From a virus: 64,000 bases of DNA. Each line of letters starts with the position of its first letter. Position 1 is the stretch's first letter. The position numbers were made by a program, and so were the translations under genes. Shown here in pieces: positions 49,801-59,500 of the stretch. The stretch covers positions 4,146 through 68,145 of IMG/VR virus record IMGVR_UViG_3300025133_009964. The stretch is one strand, 5' to 3'. The notes beneath the pieces were generated by a model that saw only the letters and a program-made list of their open reading frames with translations, made no database searches and was not told the DNA's origin.

Positions 49801-52245
49801 CACCCGGAACTCGGCGGCGCCGGATTGACACTGTGGGGCACGGCCACGTCGCATGGCGGCCCCGGCCTTAAATGGCCATCTATCGGTATTCAAGGATCAT
49901 ATACGGGTGAAATGTTTTATGATTATGGACCAGCCTCGACCGCGGTCAATCGACCCAATGAGGGCTTCGCCGGCCTAGGTATCAGCCCGGCCTCCTCTCT
50001 TGAAGCTGCATACGGCTCCGGCGTCACCGCCACCGGCCATAAGATAGATTATGCAAGTTGGCTTCCAAGTATTTTTGGACTTCAGTATTATAAGCCTCCA
50101 TCCTGGGTTCAGGGGATGAAGGACTGGCATACACAAACGCCCGGGTTTTTTAATGGAAATCATTATGATGGCGGTAAGTGGAAGTGGGAGGTTGATTTTG
50201 CATACGGCGACGCAGCTGCCGAGTTGAATTTGTCGTCAGAAGAGTACTACCGCACCGTCGTCGCGCCGGCATCGTCCTATATGCACAATTGGGATGATTA
50301 CCATCATGCTATGATGCAAGGCACATTCGACGCCGGATCGGCGTGGGGCGGCAACGGCGGCCTGGCCGCCACAACGCCGCAGCCCCACTGGGTCCATTCA
50401 GACGTCATGAAAGTTTATAATCTTCAATGGAGCAAGTCCTATTGGGAAACTTTTGAGGAATGGGCCCATGCTCTTTTTACTCATCGCTATGGCGCCGAGG
50501 GCGTCGAGGTTGGCTCACCCGGGTCAATTATGGAAGCATTCAACTCTATGGTAGTACAATCCCAAGAACGTTATACACGTTATATGGAGGCCGCCCGGGC
50601 CTTTTTATATCCAATAATTCAACATAAATTAGATAAAATTAATCCTTGGAAGAGTTACCCCAGCGAGATACTCGATGACTCGACCAGCTTGACCAGCGAG
50701 CACGGCCTCGCCTTCCAGATTGCTTTGTACGAAGAGCAGGCCGACGCGGAGATGACAGCGGCCTTATGGGCTGAAAGCGCTTTGAGTGCCATTGAGGGCG
50801 GTACTGCCACCTCCACGCAGCTGTCGGTGTTACCTCCGGTATTAAGATCACCACTGAAGACTTTAACTTGCTACAATTCATTAAAAGTGGGCTTAAGAAT
50901 AATATATATTCCTTCAAAAGAGGATTTAATACAAAATAAGGAATTAAAAGCTAGATTAAACTTTTTGGCACATCAAGAACACATGTCGACTTCAAAATTT
51001 AAGCAACACTATAAAGAATCTAATTTTACGACCTCACAAGTTAACAACGACGACTACGAGAACGAAAACTTTCCAACATACTACTACGAGGCCAACGACA
51101 AGGCCCTCGCGATGGACCCGTACTCGACGACGCGCTTGCTGGGTGGATATGAAGATATTTATATGATTCCGCTGATGGAAATATCAAAAGAGATAAGCAC
51201 CACTGATATAGCATCAGATTCGTGGCAAAAGCTTGCTTTTTCCACCGGAACTAGTATGGCGGAGAAAGTCGATGTCGTTGATCAAGAAATATTACAAGAA
51301 ATGAAAACTTCTGAAGAATATGTAACTTTAATGAATTATATATTCACACCACAGCGCTATGTTTCTTTGAATTCTTTAAATATTATAGCGGCAATGAAAG
51401 AGATTGGCCCGGGCCCGCAATTATATAAAAGTACTAAAGACCATCTAGAGTCTATGCTGTTGACAGCTCTCTACGGAATGGGGGAAAATTATGCCTATAA
51501 AGATCCATTGATTACATCTCTGGGCGATGTAGATGGTATGTTCCAAGATTCTATTAATCCATCTGATAGTTTCAATCCAAGAAGTATGCCCTTGGGCACA
51601 ATGATTCTTCGAATGTTTTTGGAGACACCTTTCTTAATCTTGAAAGGCCTTACAGAAGCTTTTGATCCTGTGATAGGAATAGTAAAAACACTAATGAACG
51701 TGATTAAGGTGGTCGTCGAGGCATTACCAGAAAAAACTCCCGTTGAAATAGTTGATCAACAGCGAACCATAATTACACAGACAATGGTGGGCGACGACCC
51801 CGCCGGCGTAGATCCACAAAAAATGAAAGAAATTGAAGCCGCAATTGATGAAAAAATAGCGGAATTAGATCAAGGATTCTTAGACACAAAAAATGAAGCT
51901 AGAGAATTTCTTCTAGATTTAAATGATTATTTCCCGCTATTATGTGTGGCGATGCTGCCGAACATGCTGCCATTTGGCGTTGGTTTTCCGCCGCCCATTA
52001 TGCTCCCTGTGTTTATGGGTGGAATTGGTATTGGGCCACCGATGACACCTTTCGGTGCAGCATATTTGGTGCTGCAGCTTTATAAAGATCGACAGCTTCT
52101 TTATGATCCGGCGAGGATGAGAAAAGAACCAGAACTACCAGCAGTATTTGATGAATTATGCAAAGAAAAACTACAAAACTGGCAAGAAACAAAAGCCTTG
52201 GGCCTAATTGGTAGTGGCCCGGGAGAAACAGATACAGATTCTTAA
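40885..52245 (+). CDS. Giant virion structural protein (3786 aa) with an SH3b-like and two peptidoglycan-binding-like domains
   Basis: LRSKP...NLPNGTLVKVL...GKIGFI; VKIWQQIL..VDGLFYNKTEKAT; VRTWQKFL..IDGIFGWRTEGAT; sits upstream of the gp25-like gene. Confidence 0.75.
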   Translation: MPIKDYNAIDNFYVTVTADSGIKYSGLEANDAGAQATIDATRRSVWLHTLNEEFQDFLQDGESLNPWLFLSDSQGNPHWKMNGALETLLQTSAAEYPDIFTFEDIGIGDEGAQVIWDEDTGKFSAIITYVVQTEAFRGKLAEWSAELNNAANWPEDPPPGWIEQFCPDPTIDCTWPPPTGWNIIIPADDGIPASQAAMTTEAPQSAEIYDGIPLPDDDPAMTPTAMAIRGALANVTTVVEKDDKKIAFVAKTDVLAQLADHVVKAITGTGSGQIPVGTMAKLRSKPKYSGAESKPWTNLPNGTLVKVLNHVPKSRFYKIKVHAGPNDGKIGFIRSAFIKPLWEGTMLPAIVINSSGELRSGIDVSVPSDWKKREPFLPVPIVNSAEPGDSRYEIVIKKDWSKPTGADSQKNAVLNTALEEAVVEGILRTLRYYNKDFKGPSETELDMARHLASRGMADLPLSPDWVPPDASTPDNFSMALAEQGSVLPAGIVLRPNWQLDTRTKQSNLLVLVSMPIAYVDRYPKKLETFEFDKVLEGVEISDFVPLYTSTFSFGQLKENIVSLKKILVHYDKAIKSDSQKRVVTFPRGPLRAPLDLKKESQNLESWKTSFINFLSINDYDYRGEACATPEQTSRPNDPKDDDILEIGWNEGFQILYILFNGQPLHIGIEYFAEKSYLNLRRINSFIHYSLDAPVRDPSGKIIRHDPGLITEFAAESSQKTWTQWVMARVYKNPVIMPSDAKADQNRENDKPPQPAASKEKKPDLLAEKKKASTEAKTSTFFSTDGFIENVEWSARQIKDIEDAYNYIMNKIGIQALVDAAMNCIMKSIPDWEAFFWEIGLGEAFKAYEDVSEVLVPILEEMDDALDCIYPILRKNFVLVYSTPDTYLPETTFDLGDAGELQGALAAVAPPAAAPEEEAADEAGTPDTNKQIIAMRKSKIKVYFPKEEDAKAWGIDYKFKNDKEKVKIWQQILIDAPGNAYTLAGGIGSGEVDGLFYNKTEKATAKYLNDILYADIDEPPEHPANGQAVTQYDFDQAQGGTDPLESDTAPPDPKDPWAILLKKGSKDKKAGLKDEVRTWQKFLTSTGFALLHAQSESYVIPIKNTGIKDEDGTLYFYKDFTPSGDMTSGGTHSGQKTKFPIDGIFGWRTEGATKFWLDFMYEALVTPGIDPDGGDELSLWPPNVGSENVVTNGQYKLAKRFVQETESQIGAFDVNELANPDIANRIRFLGPRPPAGFYCKLGKPGKCDKLYSDLLREGRRLAIIEMSDQGGDIGPIIQKQNELKIKYSDCMKAVADEPVTGEGGTHYSGKDPSSEEAIEERARERVSAKGLCGDEQKNLLAAMQEGKLVRKELTIWAILDKASNGANSHGIRLAELIDKAAETNDDSIVPVEYRNLINLHKTGPNSVKLPLAPGLTPAAIGGDADQWKYPGNLFATKTEREALSAYTSCLDLQITNERGNITISAGAAGAVEEGTTEIYPFPKSLEEAWQLFKQTKTWPSTVSVKDDVTAASFYKHMVALPACQELMAKILEEVVMKHIPVGARAIMDGMMTRIFGADTKAFMTTPRLPQVVDEISQAVQAPWDPERATYKNLEKTFFKVLDDVVKELIKSLVQLINDACADNESDGDGRNYGAISASEIFAGTTQDDINGRFPDLGAIQQQLNSLQDAVNNWNLPLDVTPGGSTTSEFSIDFWKLADDISSILTPMHACSVFNGEASLSMKVIVKDYLEKKYPELMFYFVVDEDLFEFLTLIGQYADPTLCMEINDGKHSKPLLDPTQKVCISDVITLQCVEKAIEAGLTEQEAEDMCKRKANESKDLATKVMNPPTTVIPDLCLQMAKAKTDLPAVNHMLDQVLDGLFTSVSMIFNGDTGYFIPALLDANKVTDINSLESMTKVASTEEDVLDRILAASENEDVPALKQAFGTWDDILSMLGGLFSHMGQSSSELAEMMNPGSQNDDDHAVNLETFKDRMSGKMEEISLGKASGKQYIAHAVKEHLRDPARVFTNLDQSSANFGKVSFMKALKDPNLTGPGETATTAINLIYTQPDIDMLADSYKVNIFESGETIILENSKFVEEEVEIYATKELLENEEALEGAESPQEILFQLYMAKKLDLAEEGFQSPGIKQLYHQIKSDLIQKFRRQISASILFEIDQISKLKITPGVQETKDECGIPLNVFGDVEASNLLNTRGFMSEAKEEYKKLTREQCTDDDNPSENPLQDALKEAILRMLVRVYAIEHVLNSIFVLSSFHAKDCFSDDSLLEYVITAFKREMLDRKLYKITKDIAKGYVAKRMKRGDKVYSGLSSDKITSEPTGIHSGFECLKYIMKEQIDNVSKEFDKIIKSTIDMSLFPDQDKDGFFSATSLPGIMDVFPYDQYYNMMQSARSDLSHHGTFWNWENYDEAWASHFSINDEFNFWYGSGGSQADGQMFWVASHAREYATEVNPDTGVATGWKTFPTPIVALNTRIPSYIAEKLTNETFLPAAIGNVLDEFGGGTGGAGYWQTGRNSRNFRFMQEFPDYKIKHPARQARYSRSLKNLGFSDVAEASNFYGIVPDSVEAIEAETELVFNKAVRLGDTINRHGSFRLERFLAVDDILGSWAAAATSFADTIPTAVRDPYYGSVISQDSHPVALTDLQGNNGFIKRPGTNDFKLPGIIHDMVSHFKDTHDIGPGDEAAVIAPLMAGCATLWNPTHHEAFRGLDGYVNIESYLSFIRGLIGVYMAAHGLVVGDVSYDTDFITEVQNNWQHWADQSSNTSAAWKVDPDPRSWGGFVLDAAPSAYFGTQQGTVVINGEEVQVPNSSMIADCFNITWGEYKKFWQSYCKGDWEEIGQGENLYPPGASAGFEASLKVGISTKQYPGIEPVDAPGGSHVDHSFQQWIDLAAGFGHSSAAEWMDSGDTTGGWSAAGAIWTGKVHHDAARAWAYLAQVKNKFIFHDPGQGPLTAAHYSGYIYTEGSTWGGEDSGFSISIDGNVHPELGGAGLTLWGTATSHGGPGLKWPSIGIQGSYTGEMFYDYGPASTAVNRPNEGFAGLGISPASSLEAAYGSGVTATGHKIDYASWLPSIFGLQYYKPPSWVQGMKDWHTQTPGFFNGNHYDGGKWKWEVDFAYGDAAAELNLSSEEYYRTVVAPASSYMHNWDDYHHAMMQGTFDAGSAWGGNGGLAATTPQPHWVHSDVMKVYNLQWSKSYWETFEEWAHALFTHRYGAEGVEVGSPGSIMEAFNSMVVQSQERYTRYMEAARAFLYPIIQHKLDKINPWKSYPSEILDDSTSLTSEHGLAFQIALYEEQADAEMTAALWAESALSAIEGGTATSTQLSVLPPVLRSPLKTLTCYNSLKVGLRIIYIPSKEDLIQNKELKARLNFLAHQEHMSTSKFKQHYKESNFTTSQVNNDDYENENFPTYYYEANDKALAMDPYSTTRLLGGYEDIYMIPLMEISKEISTTDIASDSWQKLAFSTGTSMAEKVDVVDQEILQEMKTSEEYVTLMNYIFTPQRYVSLNSLNIIAAMKEIGPGPQLYKSTKDHLESMLLTALYGMGENYAYKDPLITSLGDVDGMFQDSINPSDSFNPRSMPLGTMILRMFLETPFLILKGLTEAFDPVIGIVKTLMNVIKVVVEALPEKTPVEIVDQQRTIITQTMVGDDPAGVDPQKMKEIEAAIDEKIAELDQGFLDTKNEAREFLLDLNDYFPLLCVAMLPNMLPFGVGFPPPIMLPVFMGGIGIGPPMTPFGAAYLVLQLYKDRQLLYDPARMRKEPELPAVFDELCKEKLQNWQETKALGLIGSGPGETDTDS

Positions 52246-52265
52246 TTTAAAAAGGAGGGCAAAAA

Positions 52266-52664
52266 ATGCCAGGATATTCACCAGTTTTACCGCTAACTCT
52301 TGATCCAAAAGATGGTATACTTCTCAATAAGACGTATGCCAGTGTTGGTAAACAAAATTTAAAAATGTTAATTTTAACGGTCCCGGGCGAGAGAGTAATG
52401 GATCCTGAATTTGGTGTTGGCGCTGCCACATTTTTATTTGATAACGATAATCCAAGTTATTTGAAAAAAATTAATGCAACTATACGAACACAGGTTTCAA
52501 AATATTTACCATATATTACAATTGTAGATATTAGAGGATCCAGCGACGCTGCAGCAACTGGCGATCCTAATAGTTATAGTTTACAAATTGAATATATAAT
52601 TCAATCACTTAATATTTCCGATATAGTAAAAATTAATTTTGATTTAATGCCAAATTTATTATGA
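52266..52664 (+). CDS. Baseplate wedge subunit, gp25/GPW-like
   Basis: KQNLKMLILTVPGERVMDPEFGVG...FLFD...YLPYI. Confidence 0.88.
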   Translation: MPGYSPVLPLTLDPKDGILLNKTYASVGKQNLKMLILTVPGERVMDPEFGVGAATFLFDNDNPSYLKKINATIRTQVSKYLPYITIVDIRGSSDAAATGDPNSYSLQIEYIIQSLNISDIVKINFDLMPNLL

Positions 52665-52724
52665 TAGTTAATCAAAATATTATTTAAAACTAATTATTTA
52701 GGAATATTTTAAAGGATTAGTATT

Positions 52725-54515
52725 ATGCCAAAAAGAATTGTTCCTATTAAGTACACCGACCGCGATTTTGATTCTATCAAACGAGGCTTGGTAGAACATA
52801 TAAAAAGATATTATCCCGAAACGTTTCAAGATTTTAATGAAGCTTCCTTCGGATCGCTTATGTTAGATATGGTTTCTTACGTCGGCGATGTATTATCATT
52901 TTATTTAGATTATCAAGCAAATGAATGTTTTTTAGACACAGCAATTGAATATAATAATATTGTTAAAATATCAAAACAGCTGGGATACAAGTTTAGAACG
53001 GCAGCATCGTCAACTGGAATTTTATCGTTTTATGCAGTTGTTCCAGCCACAGCAACTGGCTATGGGCCAGATCCAGATTATATACCAATTTTAAAAAAAG
53101 GTAGCGAAATTTTAAGCACTGGCGGCGCAAAATATCTTCTTAATGAAGACATTGACTTTTCAAGAGAAAATAATGAAATAATTGTTGCTCGTACCGATTC
53201 GGATTCTGGCGCCCCCCTAGAATATGCTATTAAAACATATGGCCAGGTTGTTTCTGGAATTATATCAGTAGAAGAGGTAACTGTTGGAAACTTCCAAAAA
53301 TTATTAAGAATTCCCCTTGAAAGTAACAGAATAGTAGAAATCATATCTGTTTTTGATTCTGAAGGTCATGAATATTATGAAGTTGATTATTTATCACAAG
53401 ACGTGATATATAGAGAAATTTTGAATCCTACTTCGGATACAACTGAACCAACGGTTAGATTACGCCCTCAAGTAGTTCCTAGAAGATTTATTGTTGAAGA
53501 GGCCGACGGCGTGTTATATTTACAATTTGGATATGGTTCTGAATCATCCATAAGGGAAGAAACTTTGACACGAGCATCAGAAATTACATTAAAATTCCAT
53601 GGAAAAAATTATTCAACTTCTACTAATTTTGATCCATCAAATTTAAATGAAATGGATAAACTGGGTGTTGCCCCCGCAAGTACAACATTAAGAATAGTTT
53701 ATAGAGTCAATACTGCTACTAATGTTAATTCTGCCACCGGTACTGTCACAATAATAACAAATCCAATTGTAGACTTTCCAGAAACTGGCTTGGTGCAAAA
53801 TAAAATTGGAGCAGTAGTTAATTCTTTAGAGTGCAATAACGAAGAGCCAATTTTAGGACAAGTAGCCAGAATGACGGCCGGAGAAATAAAACGATATGCA
53901 ATTGATGCATATGCAAGTCAGAATAGGGCAGTCACTGCACAGGATTATGAAAGTGTTGTTTATCGCTTACCTCCGAAATATGGAAAAGTTTCAAGATGTA
54001 GAGCCCTGCAGGATACGAGATCTTTAAAAAGAAATATAAATTTGTTTGTTGTTTCTACAAATGATAGGGGACTTCTTACACAGACGAATCGAGCAGTAAA
54101 AGAAAATTTAAAATTTTGGGTTAATGATTATAAAATGATTAATGACACGCTTGATATATTAGATGCTAAAATATTAAATATTGGAATTGATTATGTGGTA
54201 AAATCAGAGTATGGGTTTGATAAATTTCAAGTTTTAGAAAAAACCAGATCCGGACTGGCTAAATATTTTGAGGACTTGTTTGATATTGGCGAGCCGCTTT
54301 ATATAACAAAATTACAAAAAATCCTAAAAGACGTTCCTGGAGTATTAGACGTAATGAGTTTAAAAATTAAATCAAAACAAGGAAGTGGCTATGCAACCAC
54401 TTACTTTAGTATTGAAGCTTCGACTTCTGATGATGGAAGAATTTTATACGTTCCGGAGGATTCTATTTTGGAAGTAAGGTACGGTGCAATTGATATTGCA
54501 GGAACAGTTAAATAA
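52725..54515 (+). CDS. Baseplate wedge subunit, gp6/baseplate J-like
   Basis: DRDFDSIK; LDMVSYVGDVLSFYLD; LGYK; FGYG; QNRAVTAQDY. Confidence 0.88.
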   Translation: MPKRIVPIKYTDRDFDSIKRGLVEHIKRYYPETFQDFNEASFGSLMLDMVSYVGDVLSFYLDYQANECFLDTAIEYNNIVKISKQLGYKFRTAASSTGILSFYAVVPATATGYGPDPDYIPILKKGSEILSTGGAKYLLNEDIDFSRENNEIIVARTDSDSGAPLEYAIKTYGQVVSGIISVEEVTVGNFQKLLRIPLESNRIVEIISVFDSEGHEYYEVDYLSQDVIYREILNPTSDTTEPTVRLRPQVVPRRFIVEEADGVLYLQFGYGSESSIREETLTRASEITLKFHGKNYSTSTNFDPSNLNEMDKLGVAPASTTLRIVYRVNTATNVNSATGTVTIITNPIVDFPETGLVQNKIGAVVNSLECNNEEPILGQVARMTAGEIKRYAIDAYASQNRAVTAQDYESVVYRLPPKYGKVSRCRALQDTRSLKRNINLFVVSTNDRGLLTQTNRAVKENLKFWVNDYKMINDTLDILDAKILNIGIDYVVKSEYGFDKFQVLEKTRSGLAKYFEDLFDIGEPLYITKLQKILKDVPGVLDVMSLKIKSKQGSGYATTYFSIEASTSDDGRILYVPEDSILEVRYGAIDIAGTVK

Positions 54516-56515
54516 TGGCAATTAAAAGATATTTTTCCAACAAGGACAATACAATAACAAATGCTTATAAACAAGATTTAGCCACCAGAGGTACCGGCTC
54601 AAATATGGGCGAAGCAGATGTTTTAGAAGTATTTTCTGTTTATGGACAAACTTTTACATCTGCTTCACACAATGCAACGCTTTATTCTACCGAGCTATCG
54701 AGAGCATTGATACAATTTCCCGTTTCCGGAACCGCGGCCGGCGAAATTAAGGCAGATAGATTAGCTGGTACAATACCAGATTCTGGGAGTGTTAAGTTTT
54801 TCTTAAGGCTCTTTAATGCGAAGCACGGCCAAACAGTACCCGAACAAGCAATATTTAATATTTTAGCAGTATCATCATCTTGGAGAGAAGGCCGCGGCCT
54901 CGATATGGATGAATATATAGATAAAGATTCTTCTAATTGGATAGATGCCAAAAATATTTCTAGCTGGACTGCAGCAACTGCAACAATAAAAGTTATTTCT
55001 GCAGATCCTGCTGATTATGAATCCGGTGGGGTGACAGCCTTTACACTAGTTTCTGCTGATGGCACAACAAGAACTTACCAATTTGCCAATGGCGGAGCTT
55101 TGGCCAACGGCGCTGTTGTTTCTGGTACAACAATTCGTGTACAAGTTAGTGGAGATTCTACTCAAGGAGAAATCGCTGCCAAGATTAAAGATGCCATTGA
55201 AAATTCCAATGGCCATGGCACTGCTAAACTAATTTGTGCTTTAAGTACAGTTAGTCAGACGAATGATACGATTACGATAACTCAAGTTACAATCGGTACC
55301 GACGGAAATACTACAATTCCTGCCGTAGCAAATGGAAACACTGGTGATTTGACGATAAACGGAGGAATTGTTGAAACTTCATTTTTTGGAGGTAGTGGTA
55401 CTTGGACATCTCCAGGTGGCGATTATCATACTAGTCTTTATGTTCCTGACACAACCATGCCGCTGTATACAACATCCTTAACCACCGCAGATCAAGATAT
55501 TGAAGTTGACGTTACTAGTACAATTGAAGAATGGATAACAGGAACTAAAGAAAATTATGGATTTGGTATATTTTTAACCGCCAGTCACGAAGCTTATTTT
55601 TCCTCTTCAAGTGGACTAAATTCAGGATCCGTTTTACATAATATTGAAGGTGCTACAAAATCGTATTTTACAAAGAAGTTTTTTGGTAGAGGAACAGAGT
55701 TTTTCTTTAAAAAGCCGACTATAGAGGCAAGGTGGGATTCTTCTATTAAAGATGATAGAGGAAACTTTTATTTAAGCAATTCTTTAGCTCCGGCTTCAGA
55801 TAACGTTAATAGTTTGTATATGTATAATTTTGTCCGAGGCCAACTTCAAGATATTGGAGGTAACTCTAGTACAGTTCCAACCTTGAAGTTGTATGGTGGC
55901 ACTAGTGCAGTTCCAGATAATAGTATTACGCTGCAAATGAAGCATACTTCAACTGATGCGCTCGTTTCCAGTGTACAGGCGAACAGGATAGAAAAAGGAA
56001 TTTATAGTGCATCTTTTGCCATTACATCTTCATCAGATACGGGATATTTATGGGATGTTTGGGAGGTTGCCGGCACACAAGCACATACTGGTTCTGTTAT
56101 AATTCCTAAAATATATGGTTCATCTGATTATAATCCATACACAAACTGTATAACAAAAATTACTAATTTAAAATCAGCGTATTCTACAGATGAAAAAGCC
56201 GCTAGATTTAAGTTATTCGTAAGATTAAAAGATTGGCTACCAAATAATTATACAGTTGCTTCAGGTGATATAGAGAATCTTATAATTGAAAATGCTTTTT
56301 ATAAACTTTTTAGAGTATACGATAATGAAGAAATTATAGCATATGGTACAGGAAGCGACTCTTATACTAGAATGTCTCATGACGTATCCGGAAATTACTT
56401 TGATTTAGATATATCTCTTTTGGAATCCGATCGAATGTATGGTTTAAAATTTATATATAAAATTAATGATACTTATAAAGAACAAAAACAAATATTTAAA
56501 TTTAGAGTAGAATAA
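54515..56515 (+). CDS. Baseplate/tail structural protein with an inserted beta-sandwich module
   Basis: KDNTI, SRALIQF, W.EG.G, WTSPGGDY, ENYGF, KPTIEARW; module insert at ~54970-55393. Confidence 0.7.
   Translation: MAIKRYFSNKDNTITNAYKQDLATRGTGSNMGEADVLEVFSVYGQTFTSASHNATLYSTELSRALIQFPVSGTAAGEIKADRLAGTIPDSGSVKFFLRLFNAKHGQTVPEQAIFNILAVSSSWREGRGLDMDEYIDKDSSNWIDAKNISSWTAATATIKVISADPADYESGGVTAFTLVSADGTTRTYQFANGGALANGAVVSGTTIRVQVSGDSTQGEIAAKIKDAIENSNGHGTAKLICALSTVSQTNDTITITQVTIGTDGNTTIPAVANGNTGDLTINGGIVETSFFGGSGTWTSPGGDYHTSLYVPDTTMPLYTTSLTTADQDIEVDVTSTIEEWITGTKENYGFGIFLTASHEAYFSSSSGLNSGSVLHNIEGATKSYFTKKFFGRGTEFFFKKPTIEARWDSSIKDDRGNFYLSNSLAPASDNVNSLYMYNFVRGQLQDIGGNSSTVPTLKLYGGTSAVPDNSITLQMKHTSTDALVSSVQANRIEKGIYSASFAITSSSDTGYLWDVWEVAGTQAHTGSVIIPKIYGSSDYNPYTNCITKITNLKSAYSTDEKAARFKLFVRLKDWLPNNYTVASGDIENLIIENAFYKLFRVYDNEEIIAYGTGSDSYTRMSHDVSGNYFDLDISLLESDRMYGLKFIYKINDTYKEQKQIFKFRVE
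54986..55393 (+). repeat. ~410-bp dispersed repeat, copy A
   Basis: Homologous to 61961-62374; 54 identical nt at 55034-55087 and 62009-62062. Confidence 0.9.
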
Positions 56516-56533
56516 AATCGAAGTGGAAAAAAT

Positions 56534-59500
56534 ATGAGCATTAAAAAATTATTTGATCAAGAAAAAGATTTAAGAATAGTCTCTTCTACTGACGCTATCT
56601 CTATCAAGGAAGAATTGGAATCTCTTGATTTTGTGGCGGAAAAAAATATAGATATAAGTCGTTTTGTTCCGGCTATTGATTATGGTTTTCCGAAAGAGTT
56701 TGCCCATTACGGTCTAGCGGAAGAATATTATGAAAAATCTTTTGACTATATCCGGCAATCTTATCCATATGATGGTTCTTTCTCAGAAAGACAAAAATGG
56801 CACAATAGTGCTAATAATTTAGATATTTTTATTTTTGATAAAAAATATCCAAGATCAACTGGTTATGTAAGTTTTTCGAGCGGTGCGGCCGGAAATAGTG
56901 GATGGTCAGCGCGCTCCAACTCAATGAGGCCAACGTCTTATGGCGGCATAACTATTGCTGAACCTACTTCTAAAGAATATATTTTAATAAAAGGTGGCCC
57001 AAATACAGATCCAGACTATAACTACAAGTCAATTCTTTCCAAAGCGAACATTTATGAAGATGATAAATTAAGAAGTACGAATCTAGATTTAGATTTTGAT
57101 AGGGGCGTTACTGTAGAATTTTGGTATAAAGGTCCAGAAGATAATTGGCCTACTGGTTCTGAAACAACAGATATTCCTGTTATTTTTGACGTATGGAATG
57201 GAATAACAGGATCGAGTAGATCATATGGGAGAATGACTATTTTCTTCAAAAACTATAAGGATTCAGCGAATCCAGGTGGTTTTATGATCAATTGTGTTAG
57301 CGGTACCACGAATCCCGCCGTTGGACAGATAAATGGTTGTGATCTGACTTCTTCCCTTGACAAGGGCATCGGCACATTTAATTTGTTCCTCTCTTCGTCG
57401 ATTTTGGATAACGAGTGGCATCACTACGCTTTTACTGTACAAAATTACCTCAATAATTTAAACTTAATCGCGTATAAAGATGGCCATTTCGTCCAGGACC
57501 GAACCATCGCCGGCGGCGCAGTGGGCCCAATCACCCTAGATGGATCTCCAACTAGTTCAGGAATGATTGCAACAATTGGTGCTTCTGTTGCTCATCCTTT
57601 CGCCACAAGCGACACAGATCCCGGCACCCTTACATCTACAAATGGCCTAGGCTGGAATAAAATTTCTGGTTCCATTGATGAATTCAGATTTTGGAAAGTA
57701 GCCAGAACAGCTAAACAAATTGGTAGAAATTTCTTTTCTCAAGTTGGAGGGGGCACTAATACAGATATTAACAATGTTGGTTTGGGCGTATATTACAAAT
57801 TCAACGAAGGGATTTCAGAAAATATTTCTTTAGATGCATCTATATTAGATTATTCTGGTCGAATAACTAATGGTTTATTTGTTGGGTATAACACCTCTTC
57901 CTATGTTCAAAGAAATACGGGCTCCGCGATTGTTGATTCTGGCTATCTTGAAAAAACAGATCCAATTATTTATTCTTCACATCCGGATTTCAAAGCCATT
58001 AAAGCCGAGATGATGGCTTCTGGAAGCTTGTGGGATAAAGTAAATGTTAGCTCTATGTATAATCATTTTCCCGAGTGGGTTGTATCTGAAGATGATGGTA
58101 ACAAAAATTTAAGAAATATAACCCAAACCATGGCATCATATATGGATTCTTTGGTTGCTTATATGAAAGCGCTGCCAAATTTAAGAAATATGGAATATTC
58201 CAGCGGCAGCACAAAACCAATACCGTTTACAAACAAAAAATTAGAATCTTTAGGATTCAGTGTTTATGATTTATTTGATCATGCTACGATAATTGAAAGA
58301 TTTTTGGATAAAGATGAAAAGACTACATACTCTGAAAAGCTTCACAATATAAAGAACTTTATATATGATAATATTTATAATAATTTAACCACAATTTATA
58401 AATCAAAGGGCAACCAACGATCTTTAGAAAAACTTCTACACTCGATGGGCTTAGATGAAGATTTATTTAAAATTAATTTATATGTAAATGACATTACTTA
58501 TGAACTTAAAGATACCTTCAGAGACACGTATGTAAAGAAAAAATCAATTGATTTTAATCGCCAAGCCAATTATGAGGCCACCATATATCAGTGGACGTCA
58601 TCTGCAGATGTAAGTTCTCTTTCTTATATTTCGGGCGCAACCATCAACGCGGAAACAGGATACGTAGCGGGAGAAAGAACGTATGAAGCAAACGTATATT
58701 TTCCAAAATTAATTGATATTTCCACTCCCCCATATAGAAACTTTAGGCAGCTTACATCATCAGTTTTTGGTGGCCACACTCACAAGGATGGTTCTGTTGC
58801 AACTGATGCAACCTGGAATAATCCGGATATTGCTAATTTTCAAATCTATACCGTAAGAAATGTAGTAAATTCTGAAAAAGCAAGATTTGTGTTAACTAGT
58901 TCTCTGGGCGGCGTAATATCCGAGCTGACAAGTAGTCTTTTTAGAGTTTATAATAATGAAAAGTGGAATTTATCTTTTGCGATGCATCCGACAAAACACG
59001 AAGTATATGATTTTGTAGAAGGCGCAACAAAAGTCGACGATTCAGCAAATAATGTATTTAAATATACATTTAGAGGCTATAATATAAATTCTAATATACT
59101 AGAAAATAGTTTTAATTTAACAGGTACAATATCACTAACAAACGGAAATAATTTTTTAACCAGTTCGATTCGCTTATATGCCGGCGCCGAGCTACAAAAT
59201 TTCACTGGGAGTACACTTAATCAATCTGATGTTAGGGTTTCTTCTTTAAGGGCGTACGCCAAGCGCCTGTCTGATGATGAGCTGAAATATCATGCTTATA
59301 GTATGGAAAATTATGGCACAATTAATGTTTTAGAAAATATTGCATCTAAAAACAAAGCATACCAAGATTCTTATTTATCTTCATTCGATACACTTTTATT
59401 GAATTGGGAATTTTCAAAATTATCTGGCTCTGATTCAAGCGGCGAGTTTTCTTTTGATGATGTTTCCTCGGGATCATTGAGCAAATATTCGCTCTATGGT

